DNA of 62,436 nucleotides, the filler included, from Rhabdomonas costata (lineage: Eukaryota): the NCBI GenBank assembly GCA_019059605.1. It is 34 parts of 34 records of this genome, joined end to end, with 100 filler letters (N's around TTAATTAATTAA, not from the genome) between each part and the next. Parts side by side here need not be neighbours in the genome. Positions count along the whole stretch, not along the records: positions 11,037 to 12,775 come from JAHMHO010009796.1; positions 12,876 to 14,614 come from JAHMHO010009797.1; positions 14,715 to 16,457 come from JAHMHO010009798.1; positions 16,558 to 18,296 come from JAHMHO010009799.1; positions 18,397 to 20,135 come from JAHMHO010009800.1; positions 20,236 to 21,974 come from JAHMHO010009801.1; positions 22,075 to 23,825 come from JAHMHO010009802.1; positions 23,926 to 25,663 come from JAHMHO010009803.1; 26 more parts are not named here. One strand, given 5' to 3'. Positions 12,061 to 23,928 of the stretch are shown piece after piece (position 1 is the stretch's first letter; each line of letters starts with the position of its first letter). The translations under genes and the position numbers were made by a program. The notes under the pieces were generated by a model. It was not told the origin of the DNA. It made no database searches and saw only the letters and a program-made list of their open reading frames with translations.

Positions 12061-15000
12061 GTGTGAGCCTTTGGGATAGCGGGTGGGGTTGTGAGGCGGC
12101 CATGTTCTTGGTAATGTGCCGGCTGCGCTGTTTTTCTCCCCATGGCTATCGCCCTTCTTCGTCAGTGTTTGCAGCGTAAGCTAAAAAATGTCCCTAATAA
12201 AAACGGCCCTGACTCACATTGCAGGATACCACTTTCAATTTTTTAGCAAAGATCCTATATTGGTCTTGGGTGTTTTGCATGTGGGGGGGGGGGGCGACGA
12301 AAGATACAGAGGCACAGGGAGACCCCCTTGTAGAAAGCTCATGGCAGCCTGAGGGTCTGAGGGTGGCGAAACCCTGCTGTTTAAAATACGAGCATGGAAC
12401 TATATTTTTTGTTAGCACGAAATTAATACAGCCATTTTGGAACACACACACGCGCTCACAAACTGACGAAGGATGAAACTCCTTGGATTGATCTGTAGCG
12501 CTCAGAGTGACAAGAAGGAGATCAGTAGATGACTGTGACAAGAAAATACGTAGCGTGTTATGCGACGCCGAGCGATCTTTTTTGATAGCTGCACTGTGCT
12601 GAATTTGTTTTGGCGTTCAATGTGAGCACAGTGCACGTGGTATTTCCTAGGTTGTGCCCATACGTCTTGTTTATGGGAGTCGATTTTGAAACACGAGTTT
12701 TGAAGCACAGACGCATGCTCCATTTACTGTTTTCTTGTCCCATCCATTCCTCACCCCACCCCCAACACACCCACANNNNNNNNNNNNNNNNNNNNNNNNN
12801 NNNNNNNNNNNNNNNNNNNTTAATTAATTAANNNNNNNNNNNNNNNNNNNNNNNNNNNNNNNNNNNNNNNNNNNNGGTTGGTGGGGCGGGGCATGCAAAA
12901 TTTTGACATTAGCTGTTCAACGGAGTTAAAAGTGCAAAAAAAATTTCTTATTCAAAATAGTTTTCCGAACACGGGGGTTAGGTGCCTGTACTCATTAGAT
13001 GATGTTAATTTCCCAGTAGATACCGATTTTTTTTAATTCAATTCGCCCGTTTACCGGTGTTAGACCATTAAAAATTGAAAAGCCCCGAGGAAGCCAGCAT
13101 TTGAAAAAGGGTGTTGGGTCCGATGCATTTTTTTTGGGGGGGGGGTGTCAAACGGCTAGGTACAACGTACAACACTGCTGGTAGGCTCGGCACCCGAACA
13201 CCCGGGCAGCTGAGCATAAATGGTCTATAAATCGTTGTTGGGACGCTGAACATTGCCTTGGTGGGTAATGTCGTGGGCAACCTTTCTTCTTAGTTGTTTG
13301 CTGTGGTCTCGTAGTCAGCTTTGAAGTTGGTAGTGGTCGTCGTCGAGTATTTCCTTCGGGTCACTATTGGCCGTTTAACACCCCACACACTAAAAAATCA
13401 TTGGACCGAAGGGTTAAGAAAAAGTACCACAATGACAGAGATAACCACAGTGTCCAGTGTTCAAGGACAACCACCACCCACCCTCGCGCCAGTTGTGTGT
13501 GTGTTTTGCGCGCGGGTCGCGCACTTTTCTTCTTCTTGCGCTCGGGGGGTGGTATATTATTTGATTATTTTAACCGCTCCGTGTGATGTGTGCACAGGCA
13601 CTCGTGCGCCGCGAGTTTCTTAGGTGCGACGGGTTTCCCGTTCACACACGCATTCACCCTTCACCAGTGCAACCACACTACACAATTTTCCTTGCCTGGC
13701 CCAGGATCCAGGCTCATGTGTGTGCGCACATGGCACCTGGCACCTGCCACATGTCATCATCATGACCATCTCCCCGCATCGAACCACACACACTGATTTG
13801 TGCGCGCGGGCTGACACACACACACACACATACTCACATACCGACATACACACACGATATCATATTATTATTTTCTCAAACGTTCATTATCCAATATTGA
13901 GGCAATGGGCCGGGGATCTACCCATTCGCTCGTTCAGCGGTGAACTCCTTATCCGTTATCTGGGGAAGTGGGGTCGGACTGTGACTCTAACGCTCATCAG
14001 GCGCGTGCTGACCCGCGTTGTGTGTGGGGGGGGGACACTCGCTTGAGTTCGCTCCGTCGGATTGACTGGCGTGTGTGTGTGTGTGCATGTCCGAGTGTGT
14101 GCATGTCATGTGCACACTGTGTTGCTGTGTATCATAGGAGCTTCTGAGAAGAAGGGTGCGCGAAAAAAAAAAGGAAAAAAGGAAAAAAAAGTGTCACTCT
14201 GTTTTCTGATCTCAGTCCCTATTTTTCATCCTTTATAACACACCTTTTACATACTGAGCATTTAAACAAAACAAACCAGCCCTTGCATTTCCCGTCGGTC
14301 GACGGAGGAGATTTCAAGGATGCGCAATGGTTAAGGTAGGTTTCAACCACCGGGAGAGTGAGTTCTGCGTTTCCGGGAGAGGGGGCACCAGTTCAGCAAC
14401 ATCTGTGCGAAGGAGTAGCGTCCCCCTTCACATTTCCGAACGTCAGGGGAACATCCATACCCACCTGGCCCCATCCAATCCCAATCCCGGTGAAGGGCGG
14501 ATCACCAACAATCCACCCACCAATAAAAACGCCATTTCACAAGAGTCCAGAGAGAGAGAGAGAGAGAAGCGCGCCACCCGCGAAAGGCTAGAGTTCAGCT
14601 CGTCAGGGGACATANNNNNNNNNNNNNNNNNNNNNNNNNNNNNNNNNNNNNNNNNNNNTTAATTAATTAANNNNNNNNNNNNNNNNNNNNNNNNNNNNNN
14701 NNNNNNNNNNNNNNGCCGGGCGTAAGCTGTGGCTATCGTGCATGTCCCAGCACCGTTTTGCATCCCAAAGTCAGGTCCTCTAATGAGATCTTGCTGGATG
14801 GTGACAACGGGTTTTCTTTTCGCGGGTCACGAACTGTTGTTACAGCACGCTAAAAAAGGCACCCAGGACAAAGAGCAGATGCTGTTAGGGTCGCTCAACT
14901 TGTTCGTGGTGGTTCCTAATGCAACGAGAATGCAGGATTTCGTTTACTCTGGCATTTGCAGGAACGGTGCGCTGTCACCTCTTGCTCAATCGGGAGGGGG

Positions 15001-15190
15001 GAGTCGAGCAGCCCTTCCTGCGCTGAAAACTGCCGAAGTCGATTATCCCACCATTTTCTAAAAACCCCAAAAAACATTTTCACATGCTATAACCACTTAT
15101 TCAGCAGAATCGCCTGCTAAAGCCAAAAGCTGGCAAGGGACAGAAAATCACCAGATTCGAGATTCGGGAAGTCCTCACACATATTCTTAC

Positions 15191-15949
15191 GGTCCTCGGA
15201 ATGGAGCCATGCGGGAGCGCGAGGAAATTGAGCAGACGTGAGAGAGACCTCGACCATGAAGCGGAGGTAGAGGGCGATGAACGAGGCATCGTACTGCTCC
15301 AGCCGAGTGGTGACCGACGTGAACAGGAAAGCAGGACGTCGGAACACTAGCGTGAGATATTCCCGGTAGTACTGCATTAAGCCCTCGTAAGCGTGGTTGA
15401 AGGTCCCGGGACGGCTCCCAGTACCAGTCCTGGACAATCACCCCTCACTCCCCCAGAACCCAAACCCGCCTTGCCAACTTTCTTTCCAACAACCTTAAGA
15501 GCAGAGGCCAAACCAAAATCATGGCGCCATCGAGATACTAACTACAATACACGGCAGTGAATGCAGCAAACATGTGTGGATTCTGCCCACTTCAGCAAAC
15601 ACACGGGCATGCAAGTCTGTTGCTTGAGGACCAGAAACCACCACAACTTGAGCACACGCGACCCAAAGGGAGTAAAGGGGTGAGAATGCCTGTCACCATT
15701 CTCATTTCTCATTTCTCATGACAAATCAGCAAAACAATGAGATAAGGAGATGGACGTGGGCGGAGAGTCCCCCTCGTACTTAGTCGGAGGGTGCATCTCC
15801 CACAGCACTTGGGGGTGGACGAGCTTCGACGCCAGCGCGAGCACCGCGTTGTCAGGAGTGAACTCCGTTTCGACCACCGCGGAGTCGAGTTTCCAGGCCC
15901 CTTCCATGTCAGGGCGACCCTCCTGCTGCCCTACCCCAGAACCCAATCC
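15191..15949 (-). CDS. Hypothetical protein fragment (exons 15949-15756, 15429-15191)
   Basis: GC3-rich frames joined in phase 2 by a GT-AG intron: ...KYEGDSPPT/TGTGSRPGTFNHAYEGLMQYYREYLTLVF... Confidence 0.55.
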
Positions 15950-16574
15950 CTACACAAGCAGCATCCGGGGCATTCGAAACTAAAACATAAGCACAGGTTC
16001 CAATGCAGTGGTGAATTCAAGAAATGAACAACACAGTGACGAGAACACAATGAGAGATGATGATCTAAAAAAAGATGGGACAAAACAGCAGTTGGCAATT
16101 GGCGCTGAAAGGCAGGAGCGCGTTTGCAACAATGGTTATAATCCGGCTATTCCCTCCCTCCCCCCGCATGAAGACATCACTTATCCAAAAAAAACGTTTG
16201 CAATGGAGTGGGGTGTATCTGTGCGGATAGCTGGAGTCCTCATGCGGGGGGGGGGGGTAGCTGGAGAATTGTCACAAAAATGGAGCAGATCGGTAGAAAA
16301 AAACAGGAAAGCAGGAGAAGACCACCTCAGGAAGCGAGAAAACAAAAATACCCGAAATAAAAAGCTCCAGGTATGAACACAGCCAGCTGTTCGCGTTTCC
16401 CTGCCCTGCCCTGCCCTGATGCCACCATACACCCAACACCCCAACCACACCCACCACNNNNNNNNNNNNNNNNNNNNNNNNNNNNNNNNNNNNNNNNNNN
16501 NTTAATTAATTAANNNNNNNNNNNNNNNNNNNNNNNNNNNNNNNNNNNNNNNNNNNNGGGTGGGGTGGAGAAAA

Positions 16575-16761
16575 TGTTGAAATCCCTCTCGGAGCCGGTG
16601 TTGGGATCCTTGACCCAGGTCTTCGAGCCTTTCACGTGGTTCTCCATTCTCACAACCCGCTCGGCATGGGCGTCCAGCTCTCGCTGGTTGAAGCACCGAA
16701 CCCGAACGGCGATCTTAACATTTTCTCCTCCACCTCCATTCCCTCCGGTTGCAGCGCTCAT
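16575..16761 (-). CDS. Kinesin motor N-terminus (kinesin-3-like), truncated by the contig end
   Basis: MSAATGGNGGGGENVKIAVRVRCFNQRE matches the NVKVAVRVRPFNxRE kinesin start. Confidence 0.85.
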
Positions 16762-17777
16762 TTGCTAAACCCTTTACCAAACGATTTACAGAAAGCTAGC
16801 AGTCGGCCAGTTTAGAATGAGAGTTCCAAGAAGCTCTCATTCCACGAAGTACCAAACAAAAACGTAACAAACAAAACAAATGGCAAAAGAAGATGAATGA
16901 ATGACAACAGGTGAATACTAACGGAAAAAAAATAAAAACCTCGATTGGAAAAGAAATTTTTGGCCTTTCACTAGTGATGGGAACGTGAACATATGGAACC
17001 GCAAAAGAAAGGGACGAAAGAATGCGCTCTCCTTCTCGTTGATCTTACTCAGCACCGGCCTGCATTCACTTCATCTTACACCCCAACCCCCGACTTGTGT
17101 CCCCCAAGAAACCAGCTCAATCAGGTTTCTTGGGGGATGTAAGTATCATGTCACAACCTATTTCTGGTGGCGTTTCTTCAACCACATGCACTCGGGCGCA
17201 TCGCCCGCCTTGTCTTCAATATTACATTTCTTTCCATATCGGATTGGTACGCTTTTCCAAGCCTAACAGCCCAACATCACACAAAACCACGGCCACCATT
17301 CCTTTCTGCGCAATAGGCAAAACACAAGACCAAAATACTGAGGTGACACCACAAGGCTGCAGACCACATACAAATACAAGATAACACATCCAGTGACGAA
17401 ATGTACAACCGACACAGCCGATCATCAACCCCGGAGGCCCACTGCCTCCACAAAAACCGTCCCATTTCGAGACACTTGCGTGCAAGGTTTCTTTGATGTT
17501 GTTTTCGCTCCTCTCCCTTTCTCTCTGAGTCAAGGTTGAGCACTTTCCCAACAGATCGTCTCTCCCTGAAATGGTGCACTGGAAAGGGACAATATCATGA
17601 TGCTGAATCAGCACCCTTCCCGGCGAGTGAAAACCAAGATAAAAGGAGAATGGGAAACCTCATGGAATCGCACCACTGAAGACGAACTTAAACCATACCC
17701 GGAAAAAAAGCAGGACACGGGTCGTGACACCAGGGCAAAGGCGCAAAACACAGCGCAGGCAAGCACGCAAAGCCACC

Positions 17778-18084
17778 CTATGTTATTCGGACGAAGACTT
17801 CCACGACTCCATCCTGGGCGACTACGGAAAGCTCACTCACGGGGCACATCTTTCCGATTCCACGGTGGTGCCCCTTCTTCCCCTGACTGGGTCGAGAGCG
17901 AGACTCGCTGGAGACTTGCACCGTGTAGCGGTGCGTGCCCACTCGAAGCTCCACTTGTTGGAAGATGCAGGGCCAGGTCAGGTTGCAGTCATTGGCTCCA
18001 GGGATCAAACCCCAGAACAGCGCAAAGTGACCACCATTCTCCCGACTGTTTCCGTTGGGATACAGCAACAGCTCGAAGCAATAG
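17778..18084 (-). CDS. MATH/TRAF-domain protein, last exon
   Basis: Follows a polypyrimidine-CAG acceptor. YCFELLLYPNG...HFALFWGLIPGANDCNLTWP...VEVFVRIT* fits the TRAF-type MATH pattern LYPNG...GxxDxxLxWP. Confidence 0.7.
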
Positions 18085-18519
18085 CTGCGCAAGAAAAAGA
18101 GAAGGAACAGAACGCGGCTTATTAATTCTTGACAAACTGCAAGCACTAATTCTCAGCATAGAAACGTATAACTTTGGCGAGCAACCTGAATGGAAATTCC
18201 ATGAGTCTCTGCTAAAGGCAAAACCCACACAATACTTTTCGGAAACCTGATACGGGTAATATCAGTTCATCGGAAAGGCCTTAATAGCTTAATAGCNNNN
18301 NNNNNNNNNNNNNNNNNNNNNNNNNNNNNNNNNNNNNNNNTTAATTAATTAANNNNNNNNNNNNNNNNNNNNNNNNNNNNNNNNNNNNNNNNNNNNGTTG
18401 GTGGGGTGCAGCCGCGGGCGACCTGACGATTGTCGAAGCGGTGACACCGAAAACCGTCGCCGCCGCCATCTCTGCAGCCCCGGCTCCATCCGCCGTTGTG
18501 GGGGGCGATGCCAGCGAGG

Positions 18520-18665
18520 ACCCCGGAGCTGCGCGGACTGCAGCAGGCTATCCAGAAGTATCCTTTGGGGCTGGAGATCCTGTGGAGCTTCTAGTTTCCA
18601 CAGATCAATGATGCACATACGGAGCATATCTTCCTTGTCATTCTCCTTCTTGACTATTTTACAAA
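18520..18665 (-). CDS. Possible exon of a hypothetical protein
   Basis: Open frame VCKIVKKENDKEDMLRMCIIDLWKLEAPQDLQPQRILLDSLLQSAQ after a TAG acceptor. No recognisable family. Confidence 0.3.
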
Positions 18666-20249
18666 CCTACGGATCGTTTGCCGGGATAATCTGTAGAGTG
18701 GTGTTTCTTGTCCCAGCACCGCCGCACGTCGTGTGTTGAAGTAAAGTGCTTGCTTTTTTTGGAGACATTCCCTCGCCTGACAGATTGTAACTTGTCATCT
18801 GTGTGTGAGGGACCCTTCGATTTGCCCCCTCTTTTGTGATGCCGCGCACCTCCGCCCCCCCTCTCCCCGCTCACAGTTGAAGTGCATTAGGCTTGCTTGA
18901 GCGACCTTTGGAGCGAAAAGATTTCTGTGTACGATCGCTTTCACTGATATGTTCTCCCCCCTTTGCTTGGACTGGTTGTGACGGTGTTGTCTGCGTATCC
19001 GAAGAAATGTCCCGTTGTGGGGCGTGGCAAAGATGAAGCGGCAGAACACCGGAATCGGCTCACGATGCAGCAGTGCCAGCGCCAGACACACACACACACA
19101 CACACACACACTGTACGCAAACTCAAGATGAACAAAGGTTTTTTCCGAGTGTTTCTGTTTCTTGTTTAGATGTGCCCCCACACTTGCACTCATGCACAGC
19201 TGCCACACCGTGTGTGCACTGTGGTTACTTTTTTGTTGTTGTTCCTCTTTGTTTACGATGATCACTTTGAGAATGTGGAGGATTTTGCTGATACTGAGTT
19301 TAGCATGCTGGGGTTGTCTGTCGTCGCTCCACAATGAAGTTGGTATGTCCCCTGTCCGCCCTTCTGTCCACGCACATCTGTTCACGAAAGTGCAAGACCC
19401 CGTCCTGTTGCACTGCTTTGGTGTAGAGCATTTCCACCCCACCCTCCCACCTGCTTCTTTGGCTTCTTCGGTGCAGCTCATGCCCCCGTTCCCCATGTCC
19501 CCCTCCACAAGTCGGAACGGCTTCTTCTTCATCCTCATCCTCATCCTCATCCCTATTTTATTTGTATTCCCTGTTCTGTCCACGTCTCTGGGTAGCTTTG
19601 ATTTCTGGTTTACTGGGTTTTCTTTTGCTTGCCACCCAGAGCCCGTGCACATGCGTTTTCCCTCCTTACCCTTTCTGTAGTGTGTGCAGGATGTGCTCTA
19701 CCGTTTATATGGGAAAGGACTACTACGCACTTCTCTCTCTCTCTCTTTGCTTGGAAAGATGTTGCCCCATTTTGGGTTAACGAAAAGCCTCCTTCCAGGT
19801 ATTTTTTGCGTGTGCAGGTTTGAGACCTTCCATTTGAATTTGAAAGCAAAGAAAGTTCTTGCTGGGAGAGGCAATTGTAAGGCTGTTCAGCGGAAAGGTG
19901 ATGTTGTTGATGTTGCGTGGCTGTCCCCCCTCCCTTTACTTCGGAAAGCGCTTGCATTGTTGGACGACCGAAACACCAGTCGCGGAAAAGAAAATCGCAA
20001 AAGGTCATGGGATGACTGTGTACAGTTTTCCTGTTTGGCACTGTAACAAGCAGTCAACGGCGACACTTGCGGCAAAAGAATGCAGGGCGAATCTCCTGCA
20101 GCCTCCTCGGTGAACCGTTGTCTGTCCCTGATGCTNNNNNNNNNNNNNNNNNNNNNNNNNNNNNNNNNNNNNNNNNNNNTTAATTAATTAANNNNNNNNN
20201 NNNNNNNNNNNNNNNNNNNNNNNNNNNNNNNNNNNGGGTGTGGTGGCGG

Positions 20250-21920
20250 GCACTGCGATCCTGCTCGAGGCGATTCATGCGGGAATGATCTCTCCTCTGC
20301 TCGCGCAGGGGTCTCGGGCTGGGTTTGTTGGGCAGCTGCGGTCTGATCTTCGTCGACTTCTATGTGTGGAGGGTGTGTGTGTGCGTGTGTGTAGAGGTTT
20401 GTTTCCTTGTAACCTGTCTGTGTTTTCATGACTTGACACAAGGGGGTGGGTTTTTTCCGAGGCTTCTGTCAGGGGTTCGGCACCACGCACCGGTGGATGT
20501 GTGTGCAAGTGCACTGGGGTGGGAGTGCTGGGAGCGACACCATCTCGGCGATGCCAGAGTCTTTGTCTTCGGCGCTGACCTGAAAGAAGCCACTCTCGTG
20601 GATCTCCAAGGTCACCTCAACTTTGGGCTTCCCTCGGGGCTGCGGGGGAATCCCCTTCAGCTCAAGCTTGCCCAGCAGTCTGAGAAACCAACCACAAAAA
20701 ATGCAAAACGGTTGCCCCCCTCCCCGCCGACTAAGTGCCAGCTGTCTCTGTTACTGTGAGAATCGTGAAGTGCACTGTGTCTGTTTGCCAACGCTGCGTT
20801 GGGAATCGAGGGGACATACACTTTATTTGCTTGACATCAGAATAGCACACGCTCGCTCACACACCAAGAACACCGAAACGTCATCCCCGTGTAAAGCAAG
20901 ACCAGGTACGGGCGAAGAAACCAAATGGCTGACCATAGCTCTGCGCGTCCGCTTGGCATGCAGACGGACCTCTAACCGGCAGAAGTCACTTCCAACCGTC
21001 AGAGCTTTTGGGGAAACAACATAAGTAATGGCTGTGTGCACGATGTGTGCAACCATGTCTGCAAACAACCGAACCCGCAAATACTGCCGCAAAAGAAAAC
21101 GTCCCAAAGAGGTGCACGGTGAACAGAAGGCCGCCCGTCGCCTTGCACCGACCTGTTGTCCTTGGTCTTCGCCCGCTCTCCTTCGTACACCTGGATCAGC
21201 AGCGCTGCGGGCGGAAAAAGAAAAGAAATCCGCCTTCGCACAGCCGCAAAAACCACCACCATCTGAGCCCAAGCTGCACTTCTCATTGCATTCGACCCAT
21301 CAAATGACCTGAATGTTATGACCGTCAGTCCACACAGTAGAATACCAATGCACAACAAAAACGTGGGTGTGAGGCCGAAGCCCGGCTTAGGTGAGCACAT
21401 GACCAACCCATTCCCTCCCTTTGGGTAGGAACGTGAAAAGAAAAGCCGAGGTCGAGCACAGGGCAATTGCACACACACACACACACATTGCTGGTTGTCT
21501 GCGTTGGTGGACATTATCATCGACTTCTTTGCCGGGATCGGAGTGTTGCGCTCGATGAGGCGACTCATGATCCCACCCGCAGTCTCAACGCCCAGCGACA
21601 GAGAAAGGGGGTCCATCAAAACCGACCGAGGCACCTTGGGCCACTGAAACTGAGACACACACCCGAGCGTATATGCGCGAGCGAGCATGTGTGTATTTTT
21701 GACCATGGGCGGCCAACCCGATCACACCGATCGAGAACTCAGTCCATTGAACTCTTTTTGAAAAGCCCTCTCGAGGAAAGTATGCTGTGCGCAAACAGCT
21801 TATGAGCAAGACTCCACAGGAAAGCACTGGAGCAAACCACAGTCTCCGGGTAGGGTAATCCAGTCAAGAGGCAAGCCTGCTCGATGGCACCCTGCGCAAT
21901 CGCCTCGTCCGGGTTGACGC
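20250..21920 (-). CDS. Divergent Hsp70-family protein, end of NBD, linker and SBD (exons 21920-~21840, ~21635-21487, 21204-21153, 20679-20541, 20359-contig end)
   Basis: [75 protein letters not shown]. The junctions are GT-AG and in frame. Confidence 0.9.
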
Positions 21921-22196
21921 CTACGAGCACCCGAGCAGTGGCAAGCAACCCGACCCCTCTCGCCACAACCCCACNNNNNNNNNNNNNNNNNNNNNNNNNN
22001 NNNNNNNNNNNNNNNNNNTTAATTAATTAANNNNNNNNNNNNNNNNNNNNNNNNNNNNNNNNNNNNNNNNNNNNGGGGGGGCATACCTGGTCCTGAGTTC
22101 TCAGTCTGTGTGTGCTGGCAGTTTCCTAGTCCCTTTCTGGCTCATCTCCACGGGTGGCTTCATGAAGGACCTATTTTTTTTATCCACGGGCATCCG

Positions 22197-22324
22197 AAAA
22201 GAGAGCGCTAAGCCGAAGCAGGCCTGGGATCTTTTGTACATATAGGAGGCCTCCCGAAACGCTGCGTGGTCGGTCCTTGGGGTCATTGTTTCCTGACCTT
22301 TCACCCTCGGCCGGTGGTGGTGCC
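22197..22324 (+). repeat. Dispersed structured repeat, copy 1
   Basis: Colinear similarity to 26812-26933: GCTAAGCCGAAGCAGGCCTG...GGTCCTTG(A/G)GGTCA...GACCTTT...GTGGTGGTGC. Confidence 0.8.
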
Positions 22325-23057
22325 CCTTGGCGGGTCTTTAGTAACCTTTTGTGCCTTTTTTTTTGCCCTACGCAGCGGAGGGTTTAACGACGGCATCCAC
22401 TGCGTATGTGCGGTATCCACGGAAGTTTTGACATCTTTAGGCCTATTTACTTAGCTTAGCGTGTGGCCCTGCACGGTCGACTTGGGGATAGAGAGCCCAG
22501 CGCTTTATTTAGGTAAGGGACTTGTCCATCGGGTCTGGTCTGAGGGGTCTGAGGGGGGGGGTTATTCCCTATAAGCCCCTCCCCCTGCCGGTGGTCTTTC
22601 ACGTTGGTCACCATAGGTGATGGGAACTCATTTTTTTTGCTGGGCTTTAGCCAACAAGAATGACAGCTTATTATGGGGTGGATTTTTAGGGACCCTTTCC
22701 GCGGCCAGCCGGACCGGGTGGCTGATGTGGGGACATAGCTTGGGGGTAGATTTAGTAGATTTATCACACCGTCAAACTGAGGCATGTGCAATGTGGCGTA
22801 GGTGGGCCGGGCCCCCTTATAGATTCGTCAGTCGTCGTTTGACGCCTTATATCGTACAAAGGCGTTATACCGTTTAATGCTCCACCCCATCTCCTTCAAA
22901 CATAGACCGGACCGCAATGCTGCAGCCGAACCTGATTATAAGAGGTCATTTTCTAGGGTTTCGTCCCATGCGGCCTTTTGGGTGTTGTTTGCATTGCAAT
23001 AAAGAGGTCATGTTAATTGGCACACCGGCTGTGACCCCTCACTGTGCTTTTTATGCG

Positions 23058-23059
<2 letters not shown>

Positions 23060-23097
<38 letters not shown>
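23060..23097 (+). repeat. (GT)n microsatellite; similar dinucleotide tracts near 13813, 19086, 28967, 58693 and 62230
   Basis: Read directly. Confidence 0.95.
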
Positions 23098-23100
<3 letters not shown>

Positions 23101-23126
23101 TCTTCGGTAATTAATGGGTTTTTCAG

Positions 23127-23402
23127 GCTCAGCAGCGCCGTCTGGAGACCTGCCACTCGTACCTCAGCCGCCCCTACGGAGATGGGAGCTTCTTTTACCT
23201 GGCGTCCTTCCCTTCTTCCAACAACACCCACCCGCCCTCATTCCCGTCGACTGAGGGGCTGCAGGAAGGCCCTGGCCCTTTTGCAATGGACTTGGCCGAG
23301 GGGGGCTCCCATGCCTCTGTGGGGGCACTTGCTCTTGAGCCAAGCTCGGGTTCGACGCGGTGCGAACATGTCGCGTGGTGGAAGGTGCTGCGGTCCAAGA
23401 AG
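23127..23402 (+). CDS. Exon of a hypothetical protein
   Basis: 276-nt open phase-0 exon between TTTCAG and GTATGG: AQQRRLETCHSYLSRPYGDGSFFYL...WWKVLRSKK. Confidence 0.5.
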
Positions 23403-23928
23403 GTATGGTCCCCAGAAGCTTCCCTGAATTGGGTAACTTTCAGGCTTTGAAGAACTCCTCGGTTCGAAGCTGTACGTATAAAAAACGACTGAGTCGGGGT
23501 CAACTGCATTTGGTGAGCTCCGGAGAGGACTGGAGATTGTGTGTGTGGGGACTTTCGAATGCTTTCATGGTCCTTTCGTGGTATTTCTCAATGGGATCGA
23601 GGCAATTATACTTCTAGCTTTCTCTGTTTTGAAATTTGGAATCGTCTCCAATGCCTGCGCAGGCGCTAGAAAGCCGCTGTAACCCATCAAAGAGCCATAG
23701 TGGCCAGGTTTGACAAGGTCAGTCCAATGGAAGTTGGGTGCGCGTTGGTGGAGCCGCTGATAACGACTTTTTAAAATATTTTCCCATAGAAAGAATTGTT
23801 ACCACTCCACCCCACCCCACCACCCNNNNNNNNNNNNNNNNNNNNNNNNNNNNNNNNNNNNNNNNNNNNTTAATTAATTAANNNNNNNNNNNNNNNNNNN
23901 NNNNNNNNNNNNNNNNNNNNNNNNNGGT

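Noticed and set aside
13990-14002. CTGATGAG hammerhead-like core on the minus strand (also 48965 on plus)
   Set aside because: No stem II followed by GAAA, and no closing stems.
18795-19680. Long overlapping ORFs in the six-frame track (285 aa, 172 aa)
   Set aside because: They cross microsatellites and lack codon bias and domains, so they are probably chance ORFs in UTR or intergenic DNA.
19708-19740. MGKDYYALL resembles a DnaJ N-terminus
   Set aside because: It runs into a (CT)n tract with no splice donor or HPD motif.
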